From the NCBI GenBank assembly GCA_963712805.1, contig CAVQJV010000050.1, positions 15,536 through 79,535 of the forward strand: a DNA stretch of 64,000 nt, in the 5' to 3' direction. Origin of the DNA: an uncultured Acidobacteriota bacterium. Lineage in GTDB: Bacteria; Acidobacteriota; Thermoanaerobaculia; Thermoanaerobaculales; Sulfomarinibacteraceae. Each line of letters starts with the position of its first letter. The first letter of the stretch is position 1. Positions 53,153 to 64,000 of this stretch are shown in pieces. Under the pieces are notes generated by a model that was not told where the DNA came from, did no database searches, and saw only the letters and a list, made by a program, of their open reading frames with translations. Made by a program: the position numbers and the translations under genes.

Positions 53153-54632
53153 CTACTCGACGATCGGCTCCAGGGTCATGGGATCGCGCAGCGGGAGCTT
53201 CGTGATCGGGCCGACCTCGGCGAAGCTCGCTTCGTGATCGGGGTGTCCCGCCATGATCTCGGGGATATTGCCGACCACGAGGACGATCATCTTCTCCGGG
53301 TGGATCTTCGTGTTGGAAGGCCTTTTGGATGTCTTTGGCGGTCACCGCCTTGACCTTGTCCCGATAGTCCATCCAGTAGTCGTGCGACCGGCCGAGGAGT
53401 TCGTCGACGGCGAAGACCGAAACGGTCTGGGCCGCCGAAGAAAAGCTCTTCGGGAAGGTCTCGATGGCCTGGTTTTTGGAGACCGTGAGCTCCTCGTCGG
53501 TCACCGTGTCGGTTCGCAGTTCGCCGATGATGTTGAATCCGAGCTCGGCGGCATAGGCGCAGGTGGACGACTTGGACTGGAAGAGGGCGCGGAAGGTGCC
53601 GGGATAGGTGGTGGGGAAGCCGATGGTCGAGTAGGCGCCATAGGCGAGGCCCTCGTCCGATCGGATGGTCTTCATCATCCTCGAGGTGAAACCGCCGCCG
53701 CCGAGGATGTCGTTGCCGAGTATCAGCGCGAACTCATCGGGGTCGCCGAGTTTGTAGCCGATGTGGCCGTAGCTCACTCGACCCTGGTTGACATCCTCCT
53801 TGTTGATCACATACACCCCTGGGGTCGGAGTGTGTTCGGGTTGCGGGATTAAAGGCAGCGGGGCGTCGAGTTTGGCCAGCGTACCGATGGTCCGCTCCAA
53901 CAACGCTTTCATCGCGGCCGGCTCGAAGTCTCCAGAGACCGCGACGATGATGTTGTCGGCGCGAACAAAGGAAGTGGCGAAGTTCCTGGCCTGTTCTGCC
54001 GTGATCGAGTCGACCGACGCCTGGGTCGGGAGCTTGTTGAGGAAGAAGTCGTCACCGTAGATGAGGCGGCTCCACTCCCGCCCCTCGATGCCCGCGATGT
54101 TGTCGTTGCGGGTCTTCATCCCCTGGATGAGGTCATCCTTGGCCTTGACGAACCGGTCCTCCTGGAATCGCGGTTTGGTGAGGACATCCATCATCAGGGC
54201 CATGGCGGTTTCGAGGTCCTTGGACAGCACGTTCAGGCTGACCGAGCCGGTGACATCACCGATGTTGGTGCGCAGGCTGGCCGCGAGGAAGGCGAGTTCC
54301 TCATCGAGTTCGCCGGCGGAGAATTCGCCGGCGCCGCCGGTGCGCCAGACCTCGTCGGCAAGGGTGGCGAGTCCTTCCTGACCCGTGGGCTCGAGATAGC
54401 GGCCGCCGCGAAAATAGACGGCGATGTTGACCAGCGGGAACTGGGTGTCGGGCATGGCGTAGACCGGCGTGCCGTTGCTGAGCTCGGATCGGAGCCCGGC
54501 GGCATCGGGGATGTTCCAGTCGATGGTGCCGAAAACGAGTTCTTCGGGGCGTTTCGGAATATCGCTGTCGGCCGAGGCGAGCCCCGCGAGAGCGAGAACG
54601 CAAACGATGGTGAAAATCAGTGGGCGTCGCAT
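53153..54632 (-). pseudogene. M16-family (pitrilysin) peptidase subunit lacking the HxxEH motif, 1 frameshift
   Basis: Signal MRRPLIFTIVCVLALAGLASA and M16 fold blocks are present, but the zinc-motif position reads LATLADEV. After ~53315 the end reads KIHPEKMIVLVVGNIPEIMAGHPDHEASFAEVGPITKLPLRDPMTLEPIVE in another frame. Confidence 0.7.
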
Positions 54633-54633
54633 G

Positions 54634-56404
54634 TCACTCCTCCTCCCCGGTCCCCTCAGCGAGGGCGGAGAGACGCTCCTGCGCTCGCTGCATGATCAGA
54701 TCCAGCGCGGCGTGAAACTCGGGCGGCGCCTGACCCTTCATGGTCTGAATCTGGCTCAGCATCTGCTCGAGTTCGGCCGGATCGGTGCTCTGGTTGATCT
54801 CGGCGATGGCCTGTTTCGCCATCATCTTGGCCTGGCCCGAAAGGGCGGCCAGATCGGGATCCTCGTCGGCCCCCGCCTTCCGGTGGTACCAGAGGACGTT
54901 CTTTCCTTCGGCCGGGAAGTAGGTGTTGGCGACCCGCATGACGTCTTCGGCGGTCACCGCCTGGATCTCGGCGGGCGAGGCGTTGAGGTATTGCCAATCG
55001 CCGAGCACGTCATAGAAAAGCAGTTGGAGCAGGAGGTAGAAGTTGGATTGGAGGCGTCGGAAGGAGTCCGCCAGGTTCTGATTCTTGACCTTGGCGAGTT
55101 CGCGCTCGGAGACGGGCTCTTTCTTGAGCAGCTCGATCTCGGCGAGCAATGCCGCCTCCACCGCCTCGTGGCTCACGCCCTCGACGAGTTCGGCCCCGAC
55201 CTCGACGCTGCCGGCGAACCTCTGGGCCGAGAGATAGGCGTACGGCTCGCCGGTCGCGATGCCCTTCTCCTCGACCAGAGCCTTGTAGAACCGTGCCGGT
55301 CCGGCCGCTGAGGATCTCGGTCAGGACATCCAGAGCGTAGCTGTCCCGTTGCACGAAGGACACCGCGTGCCAGCGGATCTGCACCGAAGGGTTGGTGTCC
55401 GCGGTCGCGGTCATCCGGCGCTCCTGGATCTGTTCGATCTCTTCGGTGATGATCTCGGGCGGGTCGTTCTCGCCTCTCGGGATCCGGCCGAAGTACTTCT
55501 TCGCCAGAGCCACGGCTTCATCGGTGTCGAAGTCGCCGACCAGCGCCGCGGTGATGTTGTTCGGGGCGTAGAAGGTCTTGAAGAAGTGCTCCGCCTGGGC
55601 GCGGTTGATCGACTCCACATCCGACGGCCAGCCGATGACGGGGTGGTGATACGGGATCGAGCCCCAGAACATGAAGTCGAACTGCTCCTCGAACTTCGCG
55701 GTGGGGTTGGACTCGACCCTCATCCTGCGTTCCTCTCGGACGACATCGCGTTCGGAGTAGAACTCGCGGAAGACCGCGTTGAGCAGCCGGTCGGATTCCA
55801 TCCAGAACCACAGTTCGAGCCGGTTGGCCGGGACGTCGATGAAGTAGACCGTGGCGTCATTGTTGGTCCCGGCGTTGAGTCCGGTGGCGCCTTCGTTGGT
55901 GTAGATCTTGTCGTACTCGTTATTGACGATATAGGCGCGCTGCGCCTCTTGGAGTTCCTTCATCTCTGCGCGGAGTTCGGCCAATCGAGGCGTCTGGTTT
56001 TCCGGCAGATAGATGCTCCCGGTGATCTTGCCGCGCCGTTTGGCGTCCCGCAGAGCGGTGTATTCAACATCCATCTGGGCCCGGATCTCGTCGAGCTGGG
56101 CCATGATCTTCATCTCGGCCTCGTAGTCGGTCGTGCCGATCGTGTTGGTGCCCTTGAACATCATGTGCTCGAAAAGGTGGGCGATCCCGGTGACTCCCAC
56201 CTCCTCGTTGACCGAACCGGCGTGGGCGGCCCATCCGGCTGCGACTCTGGGCGACTCGTGCCTCTCGACGAGGAGCAGCTTCATGCCGTTTTCGAGGGTG
56301 ATCTCGGTGACCGGTACCTTGGCTTCCTGAGCGAGGACCGTGGAACCGGTCAGGAGGGCCAGGGCGACGAACCCTGCGATGATCGACGCGCGTCGATGAA
56401 TCAT
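54634..56404 (-). pseudogene. M16-family zinc peptidase (HxxEH present) with C-terminal extension, 1 frameshift
   Basis: Signal, HLFEHMMFKGT and NAGTNNDATVYF are present. After ~55297 the sequence continues as RFYKALVEEKGIATGEPYAYL... in the frame of ORF 54634..55176. The gene abuts the downstream M16 gene. Confidence 0.75.
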
Positions 56405-56503
56405 GGTGGTGTCCTTTCGGTGCGTGCCGGTGACGATAGGTCGGTTCTCCCGGCGGCAGATTGTGTTCCGACTGCGGTTTTTGCGCTGAGCGCGGGCGAC
56501 ATC

Positions 56504-57322
56504 TTATACGATCGCGGGCTCCCGTGGTTCTTCCGCGAGAAACGCGGTCACCTTTTCGAGGATCGATTCGCCCCCCTCGGCAAGCACCGAGTGGGCCGCG
56601 CCGGGGATCCTGACGAGTTCGGCGTGGGGGATGAGTCCGGCAAGTTCGGCGGTGTCTTCGGGGGCAACGACGGGGTCGCGGTCGCCGCACAGCACCAGGA
56701 CCGGGACACCGATCGAGGGCAGATCGTCGCGGAGGTCCCATCCCCGCAGCAGGTGGTCGAGCTGGAACAAAATGCCAGGCAGGTCTGACTCCTCGGGGCC
56801 GTAGAGACGGTGGGCGTCTTCGACGAATCGGGCGAAGCGCTCGTGAAACGAAGGAGCAAATGCGAGGGTCATGAGCGCGGCGCCGGCACGATCGGGGGGC
56901 GCGTAGAGAAGCAGATCCTGGAGAGTTTCGAGAAGTCGCCGACCGTGCACGGACAGCCGGGCCGCCGACGAGGCGATCACGAGCCGGGAGATCCGATCCG
57001 GGATCCTCAGCGCCGCGGTCAGGGCGATGACACCGCCCATGCTCGCTCCCAGGAGGGCGGCGCTCTCGACATCGCGAGCATCCAGAACGGCTTCAAGATC
57101 TTCGGCCGCGCCCGGCAGAGTGAACCGGCTGCCTTCAGCCGAGCCACCGACACCGCGGTTGTCGATAGCGATGACCCGGAAGTGCCGGCCCATCGCAGCG
57201 GGGAGATTTCCCCAGATCCGCGAGGTCGATCCGAGACCGGCGATGAGAACCACCGCGGGACCGTTCCCGACCTCGAATCCCGAGACCGGGCCGCGCGGGG
57301 CATCGATGGTGAACGTGTTCAT
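56504..57322 (-). CDS. Alpha/beta-fold hydrolase
   Basis: Start at MNTFTIDAP. Nucleophile elbow GASMGG, oxyanion region LIAGLGS, and a C-terminal His in GAAHS. Confidence 0.75.
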   Translation of the reverse strand: MNTFTIDAPRGPVSGFEVGNGPAVVLIAGLGSTSRIWGNLPAAMGRHFRVIAIDNRGVGGSAEGSRFTLPGAAEDLEAVLDARDVESAALLGASMGGVIALTAALRIPDRISRLVIASSAARLSVHGRRLLETLQDLLLYAPPDRAGAALMTLAFAPSFHERFARFVEDAHRLYGPEESDLPGILFQLDHLLRGWDLRDDLPSIGVPVLVLCGDRDPVVAPEDTAELAGLIPHAELVRIPGAAHSVLAEGGESILEKVTAFLAEEPREPAIV

Positions 57323-57414
57323 ATAGAATAACTGCCTACCGTGATTTTTCGCATGCGCAGCCGGCATTGTAGCCGGACTCCAGGATCACGGTGTTGGCTC
57401 TTGGAGGATGACCC

Positions 57415-58185
57415 GTGAGCGAGCTGCTGCTGGCCTTGGACGTGGGCAACACCAATACCGTCGTCGGACTTTTTGCGGGCGAGCAACTGCGCGGCCACTG
57501 GCGGCTCACAACCCACGCCGATCGGACCGCCGACGAGATCGGAATGTGGCTCCGTCAACTTCTCCAGTGGGAAAAGGTGAGTCCAGCTGACCTGATCGGT
57601 GTTGCGGTCGCTTCCGTGGTGCCGCCCATGGACCCGAGGCTTCGTGAAGGAGTGCGGCGCTATCTCGAAAAGACGCCGTTCTTTGTCGAACCCGGGATCA
57701 AGACGGGAATGCCGCTCAGAGTCGAGGCACCCCAGGAACTGGGAGCGGATCGCCTCTGCGATGCCGTTGCGGCGTTTGCCGAACACGGCGGACCTTGCGT
57801 GGTCATCGACTTCGGAACCGCGGTGACATGGGAGGTCGTCTCGGCCGAGGGAGAGTATCTCGGTGGTGTCATCGCACCGGGGCCGGGCATCACCGCCGAG
57901 GCCCTGGGCGGCAAGACCGCGAAGTTGCCCCAGGTCGCCATGGCGCCGCCGCCGCGGGTCATCGGCAAAGGGACCATCGACAGCATCCAGTCGGGCCTCT
58001 TCTACGGATATCTCGGTCTGATCCACGGGATCACCCGGCGGATACTGGATGAGGTCGGCGGCGCCAAGGTCATCGCCACCGGCGGTTTTGCCCCGGTCTT
58101 TGCCGAGCACGCTCCGCTCATCGACCTGGTGGAGAGCGATTTGACCTTGCACGGTTTACGGCTGTTGTGGGAGAAGAACAACTAG
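57415..58185 (+). CDS. coaX: Type III pantothenate kinase
   Basis: GTG start. Motifs LALDVGNTNTVVG, GADRL, VIDFGTAVT and ATGGFA. Confidence 0.85.
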   Translation: MSELLLALDVGNTNTVVGLFAGEQLRGHWRLTTHADRTADEIGMWLRQLLQWEKVSPADLIGVAVASVVPPMDPRLREGVRRYLEKTPFFVEPGIKTGMPLRVEAPQELGADRLCDAVAAFAEHGGPCVVIDFGTAVTWEVVSAEGEYLGGVIAPGPGITAEALGGKTAKLPQVAMAPPPRVIGKGTIDSIQSGLFYGYLGLIHGITRRILDEVGGAKVIATGGFAPVFAEHAPLIDLVESDLTLHGLRLLWEKNN

Positions 58186-58191
58186 AAGCCG

Positions 58192-58872
58192 ATGAAAAAG
58201 ACCATGGTTTCAACCGAACGTCGTGAGCGGATTCGAGCCTCTGTCGAAGACAAGCTCCGCCCGCTCACGCTGCCGAACTTCCTGACCCTGCTGCGGATAG
58301 CCATCGTGCCGTTCTTCGTCCTGGCGGTCTTTGCCCATGAATTTCGGCTGGCGGTCTGGATCTTCGTCATCTCCGGATTCACCGATGTCCTGGACGGGTG
58401 GATCGCCCGGACCTTCGATCTTCAATCGCGAATCGGCGCCCTCCTCGATCCGCTCGCCGACAAGGTGCTGTTGACGGCCGCATATATCTCACTCGCCGTC
58501 CCCCATGGCCAGGCGGTGGTGATCCCGCTCTGGCTCGCGATTCTGACCCTCTTCCGCGACTTCGTCATCATGCTCATGGCCTTTGTCTTCTATATGTTCG
58601 AGGGGATCAAGAGTTTCCCGCCGACCTGGACCGGCAAGCTGACGACGGTGATGCACGTCGTGACTGTCAGCGTGGTTCTGATGGCCAACGTCATGCCGAT
58701 CCCGAACGTCGTCCTTCAGACCTGCTTCTACGTCTCGTTCTTCATGGTGATCCTGTCGGGCTTCAGCTACATCTATCGCTCGAGTCGGGCCATCGAGGCC
58801 GAGCGCCAGGCGCGGCTGGGCGACCCGGTCGAGGACGCCGAGATCGACCAGTACGGCGATCGGCGGAGATGA
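58192..58872 (+). CDS. pgsA: CDP-diacylglycerol--glycerol-3-phosphate 3-phosphatidyltransferase-like
   Basis: Canonical DGx2ARx8Gx3Dx3D (DGWIARTFDLQSRIGALLDPLADK). Multi-TM. Lies 6 nt after coaX. Confidence 0.7.
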   Translation: MKKTMVSTERRERIRASVEDKLRPLTLPNFLTLLRIAIVPFFVLAVFAHEFRLAVWIFVISGFTDVLDGWIARTFDLQSRIGALLDPLADKVLLTAAYISLAVPHGQAVVIPLWLAILTLFRDFVIMLMAFVFYMFEGIKSFPPTWTGKLTTVMHVVTVSVVLMANVMPIPNVVLQTCFYVSFFMVILSGFSYIYRSSRAIEAERQARLGDPVEDAEIDQYGDRRR

Positions 58873-58941
58873 GTGAAAGGCGAGAAGTGAGGAGTCGAAG
58901 ACTGAAGAAGTACCCTCTAACTCCTAACTCCTAACGTCCGA
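58873..58941. repeat. Word-repeat intergenic element (GAGAAG and TAACTCC words)
   Basis: GCGAGAAGTGAGGAGTCGAAGACTGAAGAAG, then CTAACTCCTAACTCCTAAC (58917-58935). It lies at a convergent junction and shares words with 27162-27182 and 5666-5790. Confidence 0.75.
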
Positions 58942-60201
58942 CTACGGACTCACCGTCTCCGGCGGCTCCCAGGTCGGCATGATGCCGTTGAGCACCCGGA
59001 CGACATCGCGAGCGATGATGAGTTCCTCATTGGTCGGCACCACCAGCACCTTGACCCGTGAACCGTCGGTCGAGATCTCACCCTCGCCGCCGCGCAGCCC
59101 GTCGTTGATCTGCCGGTCGATCTTGATACCCATGTACTCGAGGCCGCTGAGGGCCCACTCTCGGACCTCCGGCGAGTTTTCGCCGATGCCGCCGGTGAAG
59201 AAGACCGCATCGACCCCACCCATGGCGGCGGCGTAGGCTCCGATGTACTTCTTGACCCGGTAACAGAACATCCGGAAGGCGACATCGGCGCGCTGATGAC
59301 CATTGGCGCGGGCCTCGACCAATTCGCGCATGTCCGACGAGACTCCCGAGATGCCGTAGAGCCCGGAGTGCTTGTTCATCATGGTGTTGACCTGGTGAAG
59401 CGTCATCTCCTCCATGGCCATGAGCCAGGGAACGACGGCGGGGTCCATGTCTCCGGTTCGGGTCCCCATGAGGAGCCCTTCGAGAGGGGTGAAGCCCATG
59501 GAGGTGTCGATCGATTTCCCGTGGTCGATTGCGGCGGTTGAGCATCCGTTGCCGAGGTGAACGGTGATGAGGTTGTGCTCCTGTCGTTCCCAACCGAGGA
59601 TCTGACTGCCGCGGAAGGCGACATAGCGGTGCGAGGTTCCGTGGAAGCCGTACCTGCGCAGGGCGTGTTTGGTATAGAGCTGGAACGGAATGCCGTAGAG
59701 GAAGGCGTGCGGCGGCATGGTCTGGTGGAACGCGGTGTCGAAGACCGCGATGTGGGGCACGTCGGGCAACGCGGCGTGGGCGGCGTAGTAGCCCCGCAGG
59801 TTGGGCGGGTTGTGGAGCGGCGCGAGCACCGAGCACTCTTCGATCTGCTGGACCACCTCGGGGGTGATGAGCACCGATGAGGCAAAGGCCTCGCCGCCGT
59901 GGACCACGCGGTGGCCGACGGCGCCGACATCGGAGACATCATCGAGGATCCCGACTTCGGGGTCTGCGAGGATGCGCAACACCCATTCGATGGCGGCCCG
60001 GTGCTCGAGGATCTCGCGATAGTCGGTGAAGGGCTTGCGGTCCGGGGTCTTGAGCACGAGACGCGAATCGGAGAGGCCGATCTTTTCCACCAGACCGGTA
60101 GCGAGGGTCTGGTCTTCGTGCGCTTTCATCCGCTCGAGGTCGGTGTCGATGATCTGGAACTTGACCGAAGACGATCCACTATTGAGAACGAGGATTTTCA
60201 T
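58942..60201 (-). CDS. ackA: Acetate kinase
   Basis: Intact 419-aa ORF with MKILVLNSGSSSVKFQ, GHRVVHGG, HLGNG and GGIGEN. Confidence 0.9.
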   Translation of the reverse strand: MKILVLNSGSSSVKFQIIDTDLERMKAHEDQTLATGLVEKIGLSDSRLVLKTPDRKPFTDYREILEHRAAIEWVLRILADPEVGILDDVSDVGAVGHRVVHGGEAFASSVLITPEVVQQIEECSVLAPLHNPPNLRGYYAAHAALPDVPHIAVFDTAFHQTMPPHAFLYGIPFQLYTKHALRRYGFHGTSHRYVAFRGSQILGWERQEHNLITVHLGNGCSTAAIDHGKSIDTSMGFTPLEGLLMGTRTGDMDPAVVPWLMAMEEMTLHQVNTMMNKHSGLYGISGVSSDMRELVEARANGHQRADVAFRMFCYRVKKYIGAYAAAMGGVDAVFFTGGIGENSPEVREWALSGLEYMGIKIDRQINDGLRGGEGEISTDGSRVKVLVVPTNEELIIARDVVRVLNGIMPTWEPPETVSP

Positions 60202-60234
60202 GTCTGTCTCTCCATTGTCGAGACGGTGACGACG

Positions 60235-61144
60235 TCAGGCGAGCCGGGGTTTGTCGTCCGGGAGACGATCGGTGCGTCGACGGTTGCTGTCGTAATGGAA
60301 GAACCCCTGACCGGTCTTGGCACCGTGAAGTCCGGCTCGGACCAGTCTTTTGAGCATCGGGCACGGGCGGAATCTCGCTTCGCCGCTCTCGGAGTGAAGG
60401 TGCTGCATCCAGTTGAGGACGCGGTCGAGACCGGTCCGGTCGGCCCACTCCAACGGTCCCATGGTGAAGTTGAAGCCGAGCTTGATGGCGAGATCGACCT
60501 CGGCCGCCTCGGCGACGCCTTCCATGACGGTGTGCATGGCTTCGTTGATGAGCGGCATGATCACCCGGGTGGTGACGAACCCCGGCATCTCGAAGACCTT
60601 GATCGGGACTTTGCCCAGAATGCGCGCAAACGCGACGGCTCGTCTTGTAGACCTCGTCGGTGGTGAGCTGGCCGCGGACCACCTCGACCACTCGTGTCGT
60701 GGTCACCGGGTAGAGAAAGTGCATCCCGACGATGCGCTCGGGGCATGAGTTCTGCGCCGCGAGCTCGGTGATGGAGAGGGTCGAGGTGTTGATGACGATG
60801 GGGTGGTCCTCGACCATCCGACGATCGAGCTCCCGAAGGATCCGGCGTTTGAGTCCGAAATCCTCCTGCACCGTCTCGATGGCCAAATCACAGTCGGCGG
60901 CGCAATCGAACTGGGTGACCCAACGGATGCGAGAGAGGATCGCCTTCTTTTCCGAGTTCGTCAGACCTAACGGGCGATCTCGTGATCGAGCGACTGCTCG
61001 AGCTCGGCTCGACTGGCCTCGACGGCCTCGGTGGAGATCTCCTTGAGGCAGACATTGAGCCCTTCCTGGGCGACCTTTGGTGGCGATGGAACGACCCATC
61101 ATGCCGCCACCGATGATTGCAACGTTATGAAGCTCCCAGCTCAT
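60235..61144 (-). pseudogene. hbd: 3-hydroxybutyryl-CoA / 3-hydroxyacyl-CoA dehydrogenase, 3 frameshifts
   Basis: VAIIGGGMMG (Rossmann motif) is in frame. A compensating pair of shifts near 61072 and 60968 restores VAQEGLNVCLKEISTEAVEASRAELEQSLDHEIAR. A third near 60640 leads into PGFVTTRVIMPLINEA... (ORF 60235..60588). Confidence 0.75.
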
Positions 61145-61276
61145 GGCGCGGGAGTGTAGCAGAGATGTCAACCCTCGTCGTTTCTGTTTGAGAATGGGGA
61201 TCATGTTGGAAGACCCGACCGAGTCGGAGTGTTGCAGATGCCGAGGCCGTGAACCGGCGATGGGGAGACGTGTATC

Positions 61277-61800
61277 ATGTGCGCCGTGAAGAGATCTCGA
61301 GTTCTATTTGTTGCCTTGTCGATGCTGCTGGTGGCGGGTCACGGCCTGGCGGCCGAAGAGGCGCCGGAGCACCCGGTCTTTCCCGAAGTGGTCTTCTCCT
61401 CCCTCGACGGAAACGCTGCGGTGACCATGTCGGCGTTTCGCGGCCGTCCCGTGCTGCTGACCTTCTGGGCGAGCTGGTGCGGACCGTGCCGGGTCGAGCT
61501 CCCCGAGCTGTCGAAGCTCTACGGCGAGCTCGTCGGGACGGGTTTTGTTCTGCATGACCGTCAACGTCGATCAGAACCCTGCGGCCGGACGAGCGCTTCC
61601 TCGAATCCCTCGGGCTGAGTCTCCCGGTCTATCGACTCGATCCCCGAGACACGAAATCCATCGGCATCGATGCTCTGCCGGCGAATATTCTGCTCGACGC
61701 CGACGGCCGATTCGTCCGGGCCTACAAGGGCTACACGCCGGAGGTGGTCGAAGAGGTTCGCCGGCTGGTGCTCGAGATGACGACCACGAAGCATCCATGA
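61277..61800 (+). pseudogene. TlpA-like periplasmic thiol:disulfide oxidoreductase, 2 frameshifts
   Basis: Signal and FWASWCGPC are in frame. MTVNVDQNPAAGRA, then LESLGLSLPVYRLDPRD...ALPANILLDADGRFV, lie in the other frames. Shifts lie near 61548 and 61595. Confidence 0.7.
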
Positions 61801-62641
61801 GGATCAGACCGCATCGTCGGACGCGGATGACCATCGTCGCCCTCGCCGCCGTGTTCAGCATCGGCTGGAGCGGCAGCACCACGAGCTGGGTTGCCTGGAA
61901 CTCGGTGGGTTTCTTCCCGCCCGATCTCAAACGTCAGGTTCGGCTCCACGAAAACCGATTCGATGCCGGGATCCGCCGCGGACTCTCGGCGCCCGCCCGC
62001 GTGGCGCGCCGCGACGCCGGGCAAGCTCGAGGCCGCGCTCGAAGGACAGGTCCACCACTGCCGTCGCGGCGTTGCGCAAGCCGGTCTCCATGGCCGACCT
62101 GGTCGAGGAGCTGGGAGTGCTCTCGGTCCGCGTTCTCGATGCCAACGACCCGCTGGCCGTGGCCCACGACGATTCTCTCGAGCCGACCTACGCCGGGGCC
62201 TATCAGGCGTATGTCGACTCGGTTCGCGATCGACTTCGCCTGGTCTACTACGGTCAGGATCGCCAGCTGATCGACGGCGGACGGGTGAGCGATAGCGTCG
62301 CGGTCATTCTCGATCGATCGCGGAGCCTCTACCCGTTCCTCGGGGCCGAGTTCTACCGCACCGGTTCGTTGAGAACCTGGCGAGAGCTGGATGACCGCTC
62401 GGTCGCTTTCGGCGTCGCCGGCGTGGCGCTGTCGCGCGGGCTGACGGATCTGGCCAACTTCGCCGCCTTTGTCTGGAGTTCCGGCGGCGGTTTTGTCCCG
62501 CCGCCCGTTGCCGACCCCGGCCGGTCACGTCGGCGCAACCGTGACCCGGACCCTGGGTGGCGGATTCCCGGGTCGCGGTGGCAGCGGGATCGTGGTTCTC
62601 CGGTGATGCCCGAGTCCAAGCTCGTTCTCCCACCGCCATGA
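61797..62641 (+). pseudogene. Hypothetical exported protein, 2 frameshifts
   Basis: ATGA overlaps at both ends. Signal-like MTIVALAAVFSIGWSG. The body was reconstructed from three frames, with shifts near 61990 and 62075. No motif recognised. Confidence 0.4.
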
Positions 62642-64000
62642 GCGATTCGATCCGCCGTCGTTTCGCCGACCACGTGGTCGTCGGTGATGGTTCAATGGGC
62701 TCCGAACTCGTCGGCCGGATGCCGGCGGGTGCCGTCCTCGAGACGGCGCCGCTCACCCACCCGGAGCTGGTTCTCGATATCCACCTCGCGTATCTCCGGG
62801 CGGGCGCGGAGCTCATCGAAACCGCGACCTTCGGCGCGTCGCGGCCCCGGTTGGCGCGCGACCGGATCGCCGATCAGGTCGAGAACCTCAACTCCGACGG
62901 CGGTCAAGCTGGCCCGTGAGGCGCGCGAGATCGCCGGTATCGATTGTCTGGTCGCCGGCGCCATCGGGCCGCTGGCGGGGGTCATCGATCTCGACGAGCC
63001 GGATGGACCGTCGGCCATTGCAGCCGCCCATGCAGAACAGGCGCAGATTCTCGCGGGGCGGGGCGCCGATCTGCTCATGCTCGAGACCTTTTTCCGTTTT
63101 GACGAGCTCGCCCTGGCGGTCAGGGCGGTTCGTGAGGTCTGCGATCTGCCGTTGGTCGGTCTCCTGACCTTCGCCACCGAGCGGCCGCCCCACCAGTACG
63201 CCGAGCAGGCGACGGTGGTGGACGAGCTCGCCGATCTCGATCTGCTCGCCGTCGGTGTCAACTGCGCGCCCGGGCCCATGGGGGCTCTCGAGATTCTGCG
63301 CAACACCAACCAGACCCGGTTGCCCCTGGCGGCGCTGCCGAACGCGGGTGTGCTCTCGCGGCGTGACGGTCGGGTCTACATGCCTCCTGCGACCCCCGCG
63401 TATCTGGCCAGGTTTGCCAGACTGTCGGTCGAGCTCGGCGCGTCGCTCGTCGGCGGTTGCTGCGGAACCGGCGCCGAGCACATCAGGGCGATCGCCGAAG
63501 CCGTCGGTGGCCTCAAACCCCGCCCGAGGGTCGCCACATCGGTGGTCATCGCCGATCTCGAGACGCCCGAGGATCGTCGCCGTCGCCCGGAGTCCAGCCT
63601 CGCCGCCAAGTTCGAGGCCGGCGAATTTGTTCGTGTCGTCCAACTCGACCCGCCCAAGGGGACCAACGCGGATGCGGTGTTTGCCGCTGCAAAGGCGCTC
63701 GCGCGTCACCGGGCGGTGGACGCCGTCGATATCAACTCCAACCCGCTGGCCCGACTGCGGATGGACTCGCTGTCGTTGGCCGCCGAGATCCAGCGCCGCA
63801 CCGGCCTCGACGACCGTGCCCCACATCACCCCGCGCGATGCCAGCCTCATGGGTCTCCAGTCGCAGCTCCTCGGAGCGTGGTTCGGCGGTGTCCGAAATC
63901 TCTTCGCGGTCACCGGCGACCCGTCGCAGCTCGGCGACTATCCGGGTGTCCACGATGTCTATCACGTCGATATCTTCGAGCTCGTGCGGGCGATCTCGCG
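62638..64000 (+). pseudogene. Bifunctional homocysteine S-methyltransferase / methylenetetrahydrofolate reductase (3' truncated by window), 2 frameshifts
   Basis: VVGDGSMGSEL, LMLETF, NAG and GGCCGTGAEHI mark the Hcy S-methyltransferase domain. The MTHFR-like domain then follows (VVQLDPPKG, DINSNPLA, PHITPRD, AVTGDP). Shifts lie near 62900 and 63808. Confidence 0.7.

Overview
GC-rich bacterial chromosomal segment, Gram-negative in style (lipoprotein signals, HlyD adaptor). It is mostly housekeeping and envelope genes in tight operons. I saw no rRNA, tRNA, CRISPR array, transposase, integrase or phage gene. Recognisable content, in order: two sulfatase-fold proteins lacking the formylglycine motif, a ygeY-ygeW pair, and a six-gene phospholipid operon (DUF2079, CDP-alcohol phosphatidyltransferase, cdsA, plsC). 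Then come a BNR-repeat protein, sppA, addB-addA, sucCD, pabB-pabC, a 1115-aa LamG-repeat protein and a HlyD/ABC-2 exporter. The window ends with an M16 peptidase pair, coaX, pgsA, ackA, hbd and a homocysteine-methyltransferase/MTHFR fusion. Three things stand out. (1) A co-directional cluster at 38.4-44.2 kb (lysine 2,3-aminomutase, two Ddl-like ATP-grasp ligases, a GNAT, and a GNAT-deacetylase fusion) matches no characterised pathway I know. It looks like a route to an acylated beta-lysine peptide or solute, and is my best candidate for an undescribed system. (2) A family of palindromic intergenic elements built from reiterated 7-10 nt words, with shuffled shared modules, fills nearly every convergent gene junction and two long leaders. 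(3) About 25 genes carry +/-1 frameshifts that fall in blocks, while neighbouring blocks are clean, including a 3.3-kb ORF. Conserved peptide simply continues in another frame, I noticed no in-frame stop inside segments that otherwise read as conserved protein, and essential genes (sucCD) are hit. I therefore read these as assembly indels rather than decay, but type them as pseudogene because they cannot be translated as given. Frameshift coordinates are approximate and derived by eye. All family assignments rest on motifs I recognise; no searches were run.
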